Source of the DNA: Felis catus
Lineage: Eukaryota
DNA length: 64,000 nucleotides
Reading direction: 5' to 3'
NCBI RefSeq assembly: GCF_018350175.1
Contig: NC_058368.1
Coordinates: 29,266,001 to 29,330,000 of the forward strand
The notes under the pieces are model-generated. The model was not told the origin of the DNA and did no database searches. It worked only from the letters and a program-made list of their open reading frames with translations. How positions within the stretch are numbered: the first letter of the stretch is position 1; every line of letters starts with the position of its first letter. The translations under genes and the position numbers were made by a program. Below, piece after piece: positions 23,435 to 35,925 of the stretch.

Positions 23435-25474
23435 ATGCAGTCCCGGGAAGAAGCTCCGCGCTCTCGCCGCCTGGCCAGTCCCCGCGGCGGGAGGAGGCCC
23501 AAGAGGATTTCCAAGCCTTCAGTTTCGGCTTTTTTCACGGGCCCGGAGGAGCTGAAGGACACGGCTCATTCTGCAGCTCTGCTGGCACAGCTGAAGTCTT
23601 TCTACGACGCGCGGCTGTTATGTGATGTGACCATCGAGGTGGTGACACCTGGCAGCGGGCCTGGCACCGGCCGCCTTTTTTCCTGCAACCGTAACGTGCT
23701 GGCTGCCGCGTGTCCCTACTTCAAGAGCATGTTCACTGGTGGCATGTACGAGAGCCAGCAGGCGAGCGTGACCATGCATGATGTGGATGCCGAGTCCTTC
23801 GAGGTGCTGGTCGACTACTGCTACACAGGTCGCGTGTCGCTAAGTGAGGCCAACGTGCAACGCCTTTACGCGGCCTCTGACATGTTGCAGCTCGAGTACG
23901 TGCGGGAAGCTTGTGCCTCCTTCCTAGCCCGCCGCCTTGACCTGGCCAACTGCACTGCCATCCTCAAGTTCGCTGATGCCTTCGACCATCACAAGCTGCG
24001 ATCACAGGCCCAGTCCTTCATCGCCCACAACTTCAAGCAGCTCAGCCGGATGGGTTCAGTTCGGGAGGAGAGTCTGGCAGACCTGAGCTTGGCCCAGCTG
24101 TTGGCCGTGCTGCGTCTGGATAGTCTAGACATAGAGAGTGAGCGGACAGTGTGTCATGTAGCGATGCAGTGGTTAGAGACGGCTCCCAAGGAGCGCGGTC
24201 CCAACGCTGCGGAAGTCTTCAAGTGTGTCCGCTGGACACACTTCAGAGATGAAGATCAGGATTACCTGGAAGGGCTGCTGACCAAGCCCATTGTGAAGAA
24301 GTACTGTCTGGACCTTATCGAAGGGGCCCTGCAGATGCGATATGGTGACATGTTGTACAAGTCTGTGGTACCAAAGCCAGAGAGCAGCAGCAGCTCTGTT
24401 GTATCTGTAGCAGAAAATCCACCTCAGAGACTGGGTATGTGTGCCAAGGAGATGGTGATCTTCTTTGGACACCCTAGAGACCCCTTTCTCTGCTATGACC
24501 CGTACTCAGGGGACATTTACACAATGCCATCCCCTTTAACCAGCTTGGCTCACACTAAGACTATCACCTCCTCAGCTGTCTGTGTCTCTCCAGACCATGA
24601 CATCTACCTGGCTGCCCAGCCCCGGAAAGACCTGTGGGTGTATAAGCCAGCCCAGAATAGTTGGCAGCAGCTTGCCGACCGCCTGCTGTGTCGCGAGGGC
24701 ATGGATGTGGCCTACCTCAATGGCTACATCTACATCTTGGGTGGGCGAGACCCGATTACCGGCGTTAAATTGAAGGAAGTGGAATGCTACAGTGTTCAGA
24801 GAAACCAGTGGGCACTGGTGGCTCCTGTGCCCCATTCCTTCTATTCCTTTGAACTAATAGTGGTTCAGAACTATCTTTATGCTGTGAACAGTAAGCGCAT
24901 GCTGTGCTATGATCCTAGCCATAATATGTGGCTGAACTGTGCTTCTCTTAAACGTAGTGACTTTCAGGAAGCCTGTGTCTTCAACGACGAGATCTACTGT
25001 ATCTGTGACATTCCAGTCATGAAGGTCTATAACCCAGCCAGGGGAGAATGGAGGCGGATTAGTAATATTCCCTTGGACTCAGAGACCCACAACTACCAGA
25101 TTGTCAATCATGGCCAAAAGTTGCTTCTCATCACTTCTACCACCCCTCAGTGGAAAAAAAACCGGGTGACTGTTTATGAATACGATACCAGGGAAGACCA
25201 GTGGATTAACATAGGTACCATGTTAGGTCTTTTGCAGTTTGACTCTGGTTTTATTTGCCTCTGTGCTCGCGTTTATCCTTCCTGCCTTGAACCTGGGCAG
25301 AGTTTCATTACTGAGGAAGACGATGCACGGAGTGAATCTAGTACTGAATGGGACTTAGATGGATTCAGTGAGCTGGACTCAGAGTCAGGAAGTTCAAGTT
25401 CTTTTTCTGACGATGAAGTCTGGGTGCAGGTAGCACCTCAGCGAAATGCACAGGATCAGCAGGGTTCTTTGTAA
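23435..25474 (+). CDS. KBTBD7: Kelch repeat and BTB domain-containing protein 7 (CUL3 substrate adaptor), single-exon CDS, 679 aa
   Basis: Uninterrupted ORF from ATG 23435 (MQSREEAPRSRR). It has a BTB domain (LCDVTIEV...NRNVLAAACPYFKSMF), a BACK domain, kelch repeats (YIYILGG, VECYS...W) and an acidic tail ending DDEVWVQVAPQRNAQDQQGSL. That ending is the KBTBD7 type rather than KBTBD6, and the gene is syntenic with MTRF1. Confidence 0.96.
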   Translation: MQSREEAPRSRRLASPRGGRRPKRISKPSVSAFFTGPEELKDTAHSAALLAQLKSFYDARLLCDVTIEVVTPGSGPGTGRLFSCNRNVLAAACPYFKSMFTGGMYESQQASVTMHDVDAESFEVLVDYCYTGRVSLSEANVQRLYAASDMLQLEYVREACASFLARRLDLANCTAILKFADAFDHHKLRSQAQSFIAHNFKQLSRMGSVREESLADLSLAQLLAVLRLDSLDIESERTVCHVAMQWLETAPKERGPNAAEVFKCVRWTHFRDEDQDYLEGLLTKPIVKKYCLDLIEGALQMRYGDMLYKSVVPKPESSSSSVVSVAENPPQRLGMCAKEMVIFFGHPRDPFLCYDPYSGDIYTMPSPLTSLAHTKTITSSAVCVSPDHDIYLAAQPRKDLWVYKPAQNSWQQLADRLLCREGMDVAYLNGYIYILGGRDPITGVKLKEVECYSVQRNQWALVAPVPHSFYSFELIVVQNYLYAVNSKRMLCYDPSHNMWLNCASLKRSDFQEACVFNDEIYCICDIPVMKVYNPARGEWRRISNIPLDSETHNYQIVNHGQKLLLITSTTPQWKKNRVTVYEYDTREDQWINIGTMLGLLQFDSGFICLCARVYPSCLEPGQSFITEEDDARSESSTEWDLDGFSELDSESGSSSSFSDDEVWVQVAPQRNAQDQQGSL

Positions 25475-28060
25475 ATATTTTGAATCACTAAGATGTTTCT
25501 ACTGCTATGGAATGTATCTTTAAAAGATATCCTTTCCTTTTCCAAAAAAAAAAAAAATGTTGATTAGGACTGCAGATTTGGTTTAGAAAGGGTTATGTTT
25601 GAATTATTAATGTAATGTTACAAAATTTTAACAGTCCAGGAGATCAAACTATATAATAATTTACTGTGCTAAAAGTTGAGATTAAAATATGCAAAAAACA
25701 AACTATATAATTGATTAGAATGCTTGGTGGTTTTTTTCATTGTTTGAGTATTTGTTGCATCAGTGGATTGTTTTGGTTAGTTACACTGTTTATATTTTAA
25801 CGATCTACCTTAGTCTTCTGTTAACTCATAATTCTGTTTAGTGCTGCAAGGAATTTAACTTTTTAATTTTCATAGTATAAAATTGGACTAGAAGTTGTTT
25901 GTAGGGAGTTGAAGGTTTATATTTTCCTTCAGAGTAATGAAAGTAGACTTCCCAAGTTTTGAACTACCCAGTTTTTAGTATTATAAGTTAATATAGTTTG
26001 TTCAATTTGGTTTGGTTTTCTCCTCAATGCAAAGGAAAAAAATCGGATATATATAGAGGTTATAAAATAGAGATTTCGTTTTGATAATGTGCAGAATGGT
26101 CTTAAGCGATCACAGAAAGTAAAAAAAAAAAAAAATCAGGATTCTACTGCTTTAAAAGAAATTTCACTTTTAATTTTGGAATATAAAATGTATTTTCTAA
26201 AAGTGACCATTTTTCTATCTTAAAAAACATCCATTCTGGTAGTGTCACCAATTATTTAAACACCCTTCTAAACCAAAGAAAAAAAAAAAAGAAAAAGTAA
26301 ACTTGCTTTGTAAGATCATATTTTTAATCTATCTCTTGTACATGCTTCATTGAATCAAAGGAACAATCCTTTTGTTCACTGGACATATGCTTGAGTAATG
26401 TAAATTTTTATCCATTGGTCATTCCTAGTCTTAAAAAGTTTATATGCTCTCCTAAAATATTTTGGCTGTATAGTTTTGGTGTTCATCTTAGAGGATTCTT
26501 CAGCAGGAAGTGATTTATTCTTTACTGTTTTTGTGAGGTAATACTGGTTTTGAAAATACGTTTAAGCTAAAAAGAATATTTTATTGAGATCAGTGGTTGC
26601 TGCGTCTATCAACTCTAAAATCAAGTGCCAGCAGAGAACTTTAAAACTTTAAGCTGTGTATGGAGCTGTTTTGTGTAGCATTGAAATGTTCTATCAAGTT
26701 TTGTCAGTCACTGTATATGATTATCAGCTTGAAGGTATTTTTGTATTAAAAGTTGACAGTTAAAGAACATAAGTGGATGATGGCATTTGGGGCCAATAGT
26801 GAAAGTATGTTTCCTCTAAAATATTTCCCTAGCAGTGGTATATATACATGGTTATTTTATTAGGGTATTTCTCTGTGAACCATGCTGCAGTCTTTGTTTT
26901 TTGTCTCCTTGTTTGTTTTTGTATCACCATAAAGTAAGGGAAAATCCAGAAATAGAGACTAAATCACACAAAATTGATCTTGTTAAATACAGAGAAATAT
27001 AGGTGCTTACCTTTTGAGGGTCTCTTAATACATATGATTGTCACAACGCATATCCGTGATAAATGGTGTACATAACATAGATGCTTCTAGCCTATAAATT
27101 TTTCTGTGCCGACATAGAATCCTCTTTCTGCATCTTTGTTCCACATGTTAATTCCTCTTCTGTTTATTCTCTAGTAGCCGAATGCCAGCATTTTTTACAC
27201 CATGGCACAGTACTGAGAAGTGTGCTCCAGGATAGGGAACTGAATTTTGAATGAAAAAAGAGAGGGAGAGAGAAAAGGATTTAAAAAAAACAAGCACACA
27301 AATGTTTTCTTAGCCATTTTCATTGGGCATCTGAAGAGTCCATAGGACGTTCCTGTTTAACATTATTTCTAGTGAAATAAGATTCTTGCTCTAGCAATAT
27401 GTTCCTAAGAATGTCTTCCCTCAAAACAGTAAACATGCTCTAGTGGCCTAAGGCTACTTTTTGTTCGTTGTGATATCAGGGATGTTGTTATAAGCACTGG
27501 TCTCAGCTTAGGAAGCTGTTTCTTAATAGTGTTATTTTTTGGCCAAATTTCTTCACCAGTAACTTCTTTTTGATAGCTTTTTGTTTTGTTAGGTTGAAGT
27601 AGGACAGTGGTGATCTCAACCAGATTATCCATCTGCAGAATTAAGGTATGCAACTAATTGATACAAGACAAATTCTGTAATTTGTCATTTTCATCCTTCG
27701 AGTTAAGTACAAGCTAATTAGCAGTAATATCGTGGTTTACAAAGAAGTTTTTTGGGGGAAGAATTTTGGTTTCGTGATATATTTGTGAATTAGGGAATAG
27801 ATGTTAACCATTATTTTATAGATAAGTGATTTGTATATGGTTAGTTACAAATAAAAATGGCACTAGAACCCAGGCCTTCTGAACTCTTAATTTAGTGTTT
27901 CTGATAAATGTAGAATACCCTTGCTTGTGCAGCAAGTGACCCAGCTAGCAATGTTGAAGTCCCTTCTTGATGGGAAAGCAACTTTGTCTCAGTTTTACAA
28001 TTAATTGACACACCTTTTAGCAAATGCTCAATAAAATATTGTTTGCAGGGGCTCTTCTTT
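25475..28060 (+). other. KBTBD7: Probable KBTBD7 3' UTR with candidate poly(A) signals ATTAAA 26745, AATAAA 27850 and AATAAA 28030
   Basis: AT-rich and free of SINEs, with hexamers present. The true 3' end cannot be determined from sequence. Confidence 0.55.
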
Positions 28061-28665
28061 GTGAGATTTAGAAGGATCTTAATTATTTTTTTGTATCTCT
28101 ATGTCTGAAAAGCTCAGAGAATCCAAATTATTTTACATACTTCAAGTGATAAGTGTCATTGGCATTTTCAGAAGGATAAAAGACTAATTTAGCAAATAAT
28201 TTGCTTAATTTGGGTTTAGGATTAAATTTAAATGATAGTTCCTTTCTTTCTCATCTAGTTGTAATGTTTTTTCTGCTTTGTACCTGGACCTGATGAATGT
28301 GTCGAAAGCTTTTGACTCATTGCCCAGAAAAATGTACATGTTCATGTTTTCATAATTTTAAGGGTGTTATGACACTTCTGAAGTTCTTCCACACACCCAG
28401 GATAAGAACACTTGTGACAGAGTCCCAAGAACACTTCTACAAAAGGAATTTACATTTTTTTTCACAAGGCATATTGCTCAAATGTTTGTAAGGGGAGAAG
28501 AGCATTATTAAGTCGTTCCCAAAATAGAGCTAAAGAGATATTATATACTTACTATCTGAAAGGGATGTGAATATTAATGGGTACCTCACAACTGAGACAA
28601 ATTTGACATTTCTGCAGTGCAAATTTCTTCATGATGATTAACACAAGAATAGTTAAGTAACTATT

Positions 28666-28859
28666 GGGCGCCTGCGTGGCTCAGTTAAGCGGCCGACTCT
28701 TGATTTTGGCTCAAATCGTGAATTCATGGTTCGTGAGTTAGAGCCCTCTTGGGCTCTGTGCTGACAGCTGTGGAGCCTGCTTGGGATTCTCTATCTCCCT
28801 CTCTCTTGCCCCTCCCCCACTCGTGCTCTGTCTCAAAAATAAATGAACATTAACAAAAA
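28666..28859 (+). mobile_element. Can-SINE
   Basis: TSD-like aagaatagttaagtaa. Confidence 0.9.
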
Positions 28860-29357
28860 GAATAGTTAAGTAAATGTAAGTGGTGTAAAGAAATGAATAG
28901 ATGCTTATAGCCTGTAAATTTTTCTATACCGACTTAGAATCCTCTTTCTGCGTATATGTTATGCATATGATTACTATCTAGGACAACTGTGTATAACGAG
29001 AATTCAAAACAAAATATAGGTTCCAGATGTTTCAAACTGCCAATATCATAGCTTTTTATTAGACATATACCTAAGTAGCAAGAGTTGTTTATCTCCTAAT
29101 GACCAGGTTAATAGGTGGTTGGAAGAGGGCATCTACCCATAAGAAATCTATTTAAAATATAATCAATTTGCTACTCACTGCTCATTAAACTAGAAACCAG
29201 TGCTTTGCCTGATGTCATTTTTATCAATTTGTACTGAAATGAGGAAAATATATAAAACGTGGATGAATGAATTGTAAAATTATTTAATGGAACTTGTTTT
29301 AACGTTCATAAGTTAGAAATTTATAAAAAGTTTGCAGCCTTATATTAGTCCATTAAA

Positions 29358-29541
29358 CTTTTTTTTTTTCCATTTTCTTAAGTTTATTTATTTTAGAGAG
29401 AGAGGGAGAAAATCCCAAGCAGGCACCATGCAGTCAGCAACAGAGCCCGATGTGGGGCTCAAACTCAACAAACTGTGAGATCATGACCTGGGCCCAAATC
29501 AAGAGTCAGATGATTGACCGACTGAGCCACCCAGGTGCCCC
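29358..29541 (-). mobile_element. Can-SINE
   Basis: TSD agtcca(t/c)taaacttt. Confidence 0.9.
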
Positions 29542-30747
29542 AGTCCACTAAACTTTAAAAGAAAGTTTGTCTTTGAGATCCTAAAGTGTGGTCACCAGAA
29601 TGTAGACATCTCTAGTCTGCCTACATTTGAACTTTGGGGATCATTTTATGTTGTTTCTTAGCTGTTTCACTTTGCCTCTGTCCTCCCATCAGATCTCACC
29701 CACGTCTTCAACAACACCGTTTCATCATTACAACTAATTTCAAGAAATATTCATTATAGCAAATATGATGGAGCAGGAAAGTATTAGGAAAAATTATTTC
29801 TAGAGAATGTAACTAGCAATCCTAAGAGAATTGATAAGCTACTTTTAGAACCATCAAATGGTTAAATACGTACAAACTAGGTTTTTGTTTGTTGTTTTTT
29901 GATGAAGGAGAAAAATGGTGGTCATCGAAGCTGCCAAGTCTTAGAGAACCATATTGGCAATAGGTTCTGTGTCCTTTCCTTGACTCTGGGCCATCCTGTC
30001 ACCTGTATCTATTCCATCAGCTCCAGTTCCTTGTTTCTTTAACCTTATGGACTAAACATGCCTTAGACACAGGGTGGGTAAGGAACAGATATTGTAGCAT
30101 ATCATTTCCACCATTTTGAGACATATTTTCTCAGTAACTATTCCTACTCTGGATGGTCACCTCTGCAATGGAATTAAGTTTATAGATTCACCTCCAAAGC
30201 TATTTTAGCAGCTTGAAACCACCGTATCTTAGTCCAGAGTGTTGAGGGAGGGGAGAGAAAACTATTCCTTAATTCTGAGGTAACTAGCAAATAGCAATGG
30301 CTCTTACTTCAAGGCACAGTCTGATCAGAGTCTCAATGTCCTTATGGCTGTCTTTGTATAGAGAAGATACCATGGGGCAATGTTTTCCTCTCAGTTATAC
30401 ACTAGTTATGATCTAGGTGTTGTTGTATGTATGTGGAGATCCTAGAGCTGTTTTAATAAGATAGAGGATTCTCCTATAAAACTCCAGTCTGTTATGTTGC
30501 CCCTCATCTAAAAAGTCATGTGAGGACAGGCTCTCTGTTTTCCCATTCTGCTATCCTTAGGGTATAGTTTTGGTCCACATGGTCCAAGCTGGTTTACACT
30601 CATGTCCATATTCCAACTATAAGGAAGAGGGGAAGGGGAGGACACGACCCTTCCCTGTAAGGGAAGTTGCATACATCGCTTCCAGTCATATGACACTGGC
30701 CAGGTCTTAACCACGTAGCCACACTTAACTGCAAGAGGATCTAGGAG

Positions 30748-30913
30748 AGGGGTGCCTGGGTGGCTCAGTTGGTTAAGCATCTGACTTCAGCTCAGGGCAT
30801 GATCTGACAGCTTGTGAGTTTGAGCCCTGTGTCAGGCTCTGCTGACAGCTCGGAGCCTGGAGCCTGCTTGGGATTCTTTTTCTCCTTCTCTCTGCCCCTT
30901 CCCTTCTCATGCT

Positions 30914-30944
<31 letters not shown>

Positions 30945-30992
30945 GCTCTCGCTCTCTCTCTCCTCTCTCTCAAAAATAAACATTAAAAAAAG
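30748..30992 (+). mobile_element. Can-SINE within an old MLT1-like LTR (~30400-31070)
   Basis: The SINE is clear. The flank motif ttggccag...cacgtagccacacttaactgcaagagg is MLT1-like. Confidence 0.8.
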
Positions 30993-33872
30993 AGAGTGCC
31001 CGGGAGAGGTAGTCTTTTATTCTGGGTCAACATGTATCACGTTAAAATTTACAGATTCCTTTTTGTAGAATGCTGAAGACAGATACTGTATAAATTGCAA
31101 TCTCTACTGTATCATCTGTCAGGCTAGATTTTATGACATGGCAGCCAAAATTATTCCCAGGATGCCCAATACCCACACCCTACCAACTTACAAACCCTAG
31201 AGGGGAAACGCAGTATTTTCTGATATCTCTGGCAGATATTCCTGTCTGGATAGCCATCATTTGTAATAGATGAAGTTGGGGGATAAGAATGTTGAGGAAG
31301 ACAGTTAAGGAAATACCTTCAATAAAGAGTTATAGTTCCTACAGACAGTAATAGTTCCAACAATGGGAATGTTCAGGTTACAGCATGTATTTTGTTTTGA
31401 CCAGACCCTAGGATTTGAGGGGAAGTCTGGAATGAAAACAACCTGACAATGTTGGTTAGTTAGGATCAGATCATGGAAGCTTTGTATGCCATGGCAAGGA
31501 GTTTTTGCATAGAGTGTGAATTTATTGAGAAATTTTAAGTAGGGACTTGACCCAATTGAATTTGTTTTCTTGAGACTCTTCTGAATGAATTGACAGTGCA
31601 AGACTGTGGGGTCAAGAATGGTTAAGGGAGTGCTGTTGTAGTCCAGTGAGATGATGTGGTCCTCAGTAGGGGTGGCAGTGGTGGGCTTGACTAGGAAGAC
31701 ACAGATATGAAAGGTTAAAGAGATTGAGCTGGACCTATAATTGTATGTTTGGGGATGCAGAGAGCCATCGGGTATATGAGAAAGGGAGGACTATAGACTA
31801 TCTCCCAAGATTCTTGCTTGGATATTGTGTTAGTGTATAAGCCAAACTTCTGTGCCAAAGAGGCCCTAAGATCAAAGACGGAAACCTGTTTCTGTCCATT
31901 GAGTCCAGAAGTGAGTAGTAATAGGGCTGGCAGGGTGGTTCTGCCCAGTAAGTTCTTCATGAGTCCAGGTTCCTTTATCATTTTTCCTCCAACTCCTAGT
32001 GAGTTGTCCTCATCTTCACAGGCAAAGCACACTCACTAGAATTATATCTATATTGTGGCCTGCAGGAAAGAAGAAAGAGGAAATGCAAACAATTCCTTTT
32101 TTAATTGACTTTTATATAATTTTGCCATTTTTCACTGGGGAGAACTTAGTCTTATCACCATATCCACCTGCAAGGTCGACTGGGAAATAGTCATTAAAGG
32201 GGTAGCTCTGTGCCCAGCTAAAACTCGGTGTCTATTACTAAATAGAAATAAACTAACATATTTTAAAATAGACATGTCCAGGCTTCCTGTATTCAAATAC
32301 AGGCAACTCACAACAGCATTCAGGCTTTATTGTAATGGTGGTCATTTCAAATCTCCCTCCTTCCACAATAAGTTCACACCCACAAGTTAAATTCCACGTA
32401 ATCCTAGATAATGATTTTTCACAAACAAATGTACCCCTGAGATGCTTTACACACACATACACACACACACTCACACACACTCATCACATCCTTGTCATTC
32501 AGGTCTGCCTCATCCCAAGTATTCCTAGAAATGGCAGAAATTCAGCTTTCAGAGGTCAGGGTTCTCTCCCTGCATGCCTGAACTCGTTTCCAGTCCCCTC
32601 TTCTCTGGACACCTACTGCTTAGTCTTTTCACTCATCCCACACCCCAAGAGCTCTCCATATTACCAAAAGGAAAAAGAGAATGAAGAAGAGCAATTAGAT
32701 GTTTCTGTCATGGTTGACTAAGTGGACAGTGCTGTCAGTGTATTTGAGACTCTAGGAGTCAGATCAGATTTGGAGACACTGGTAGATGCATGGGGTGTCC
32801 CATGTCACACCAACTTCTGATTTCAGCTGAAGCTATGGCAGGCACTCCCAGACCATGATAACAGGCCACTTTGCTTTTCTGGCTCAAGGTTTTCTCTTGA
32901 AAGATCGTTCTCTTTGGCAGTGCTCTTGCAACAGCACAGGAGTTCAAGGGGAAGTGTATGCCCCCAAAACAGTCCTTAAGCAAGGGATGATGGGAATTGG
33001 TAGATCTATGCTACAGCATCCCAGTTTCAAGAAAGGGACAGCTGTGCAGTGCCTTGTACATGGATCTTCAGAGGGCCCCCTGCTGGACTGAACCCCAGTC
33101 TCTCACCACAGTAATCAGTTCTGTAACACATCTTCCCTGTATTGCTTCAGGGTACAGCCAACCATGTCACATCACAGAAACTTGATTTGGTCACTGGTGG
33201 TATTTTGCAAGAAGTTTCAGATTTGAAGATTTGCTTGGGGGCAGAAGCCAAGAAAGAATTAATTAGAATGAGTGAGATGAAGCTTTGCCACGTGCCAAAT
33301 ATAGGTATACCCAGCCACTAAAGGACACAGGCAAGTTCGAGCCTCACAGCCCTTCTTATAACACAACAACAATAAAAAAATTCATGCTCTTATAAAACCT
33401 GCGCTGACAAAAATGTTCTGCCTGAATCTAATTAAGCCATTAGAACAAACTTCCAGTTGACAGGAAAGACCTGCCAGAAGGATGAATTAAAATCCCTATA
33501 AAAAAGCAATCAGCAAAATCCAGAATGTGAGATATCCAGCAGGACAACAACACAGTGTCAACGGTAATCTATCTTCCCTCACATGGTAAGATGTGAGGAA
33601 GTGGAAAAGCAAGCATGGGCTCTTCTCTGCAAGCTTGGATGGTACCTAGTGAAGGAGAGAATACCTCAGGTCATGGTTTTGGTTGCTTTGAGTCTTAAAC
33701 ACTTTACTATGCGTGGGAAAAAATCCATTGAGAAAATAATGAGGAGCCTGAGCCCAGAAGCTCAGAAGAAGGGAGGAGATGGACCAAAGCACAAGGGCCA
33801 GGATCATACCGGAACAAGAGCCACAACCCTTCTTCTTCCAACCTTGGAGGAAGAAAGGGAGGCTTATAGAGA

Positions 33873-34500
33873 GGGACCTGGCCTGGCTGGCTCAGTCAGA
33901 AGAGCGTATGACTCTTGATCTCAGGGTCATGAGTTTGAGCCCCACGTTGGATATAAAGATTACTTCAAATAAATTAAAACTTTAAAAATTTCTTAATAAA
34001 AAAGAAATTTAAAAAGAAATAATCTCACAGAGATAGAGATGTATTTCTTAATTCTTTATTTGAATTGGGATGCAAGTTTTTCCGCTGAAAGAAAGGGAAC
34101 AGCTTGGAGGAGAGGGCGCACCTATTCAAAGGTGAGTTTCATAAGAGCTGGGGAGATAGGGTCAACTTCATCTTTATATCCTTCATAACACCAATCAAAG
34201 TGCCTTGAACAGAGTTGAGAAAAACATTTAAGACTGGAGCTGTTACTGTAAAATAGGACTGCGCATATCCTAGATTTTAACAATATAATGTATATTACAA
34301 AAATTTCTATTTTAAAAATAATATTTAAGTAGCTTGAATTTCTTTATATCATTATATTGTTTTAGGGAGAGAGAATCTCAAGCAGGCTGCATACCCAGTG
34401 CAGAGCCTGATGTGGGGCTTGATCCCACGATTCTGGGATCATGACCTGAGCCGAACTCAAGAGTGGGACCTTCAACTGACTGAGCTACCCAAGACACCCC
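33873..34500. mobile_element. Two older Can-SINEs (+ 33873-34018; - 34365-34500)
   Basis: Diverged SINE heads. Confidence 0.8.
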
Positions 34501-35925
34501 TTTATATTGTTTTAATCACCAGGTGATTCTTGATTTTTTGTCAATTAGAATCATAGAATACTTTTCTTATTTAAACCTAAAGAACTTTAAATAATATAGC
34601 AAGGGTCACACTGCTAGTTATTAAGAACACTGGGATTAGAACTATGTTTCCTCTCTCTTAAATCAGGGCACTTTCTAGTGCACCCTCTTGCCTCCCAAGT
34701 ATCATTTATGATGAAATCTACACCATTTTTCGACGTGTACACCACCATAAGCATAGGACTGGGAACGTAAAATCTCAGTTGTTCTGCTTGAGATATATTC
34801 TGTCCTCCAATCTAGTTTTTATGCACCATAGAGCACTAAATCTGGAATCTCTGCACCCCATGCTAAGAACTCTGAATAAAGAGATTTCCAGACTTAACAC
34901 AAAGTCATCTCAGCATAATTGAGGAAGAAAATGAAAAATTAGTTTCAGTTCAAAATAAAACCCAAGAAAACCTCCAGTGATCAAATTATAAATTTTATAT
35001 ATCAAAAGACATAGTATGATTTTTTAGTATTACATTATACATTTATTTTTAATATTATATTTGATATTTATACTATTTATCTTTAGTATTATATTTTGAC
35101 CATTTCAGTTCAGATACAGTTCAGTAATCTGAAATCAGAGCACTGAGCTAATTTAATAAATGTCAAAGTTTTCTTATATTTAAATTCACAGCTATGATAT
35201 TAAATATGTCAAGGTAATAATAAAGTGTACTTTCTCAAACACTACCTCGATTCTATGTGTTTACTGAAAACCTTTTTAATATATGTTTGAGGAGCAATAA
35301 AGCAGTCTCTAAATTTGAATCAGTTTGCACAGTATTGAGGTTCAGATTTAAAGATATGATTATGTCATTTTACTTCAAAATATAATCTAAATTCATCAAA
35401 AGTCTGTATATATTTCTCATCATGAAATTTTGAATCACAGCTGGAATCAATATGAAAATAACTATGATATAATGTTTGAGGTCTCTGAAATGTCTAAGAC
35501 TCTTAATATAGTCAGTTTCTGATTTTCTAGGAAATCGGGTCCTTTTTTCCATGCTGGCTGTCTACCAGCTGTGTTTGTGAATGTTCAAGAGAAGATAAAG
35601 GATGGAGAGCTGGAATCAGTCAACCGAATTGCTTGTCAGGAGACTCAGAAGATTTGGAGAAAGGTGAGGCACAACCAAGTATTTAAAATAAGATCTCTAA
35701 GCTCAAGATCCTGTTCATTTTTCTCTATGTGGTTACATCAGGTTTTCCCAGCACCATTTGTTAGAGACTCTCCTTCTCTCATTGGGTATTCTTGGCTCCC
35801 TTGCCAAATATTGATTGCCTTTATATGCAGGAGTTTTTTTCTGGGCTCTCTATTATGTTCCATTGATCTGTGTGTCTATATTTATGCCAGTGGCATACGG
35901 TTATAATTATTATAGTTTTGTAATA

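Larger units (their letters stand above)
22990..24130. promoter_or_regulatory. CpG island covering the KBTBD7 promoter and 5' CDS
   Basis: Abrupt rise in GC and CpG density against AT-rich flanks, with a GC box (ccgccc) near 22999. Confidence 0.85.

Noticed and set aside
23332..24835. Antisense or alternate-frame ORFs within KBTBD7
   Set aside because: They are short shadows expected in GC-rich coding DNA, with no independent support.
23435..25474. Calling the gene KBTBD6
   Set aside because: The C-terminal extension RNAQDQQGSL, the WVQV motif and adjacency to MTRF1 fit KBTBD7.
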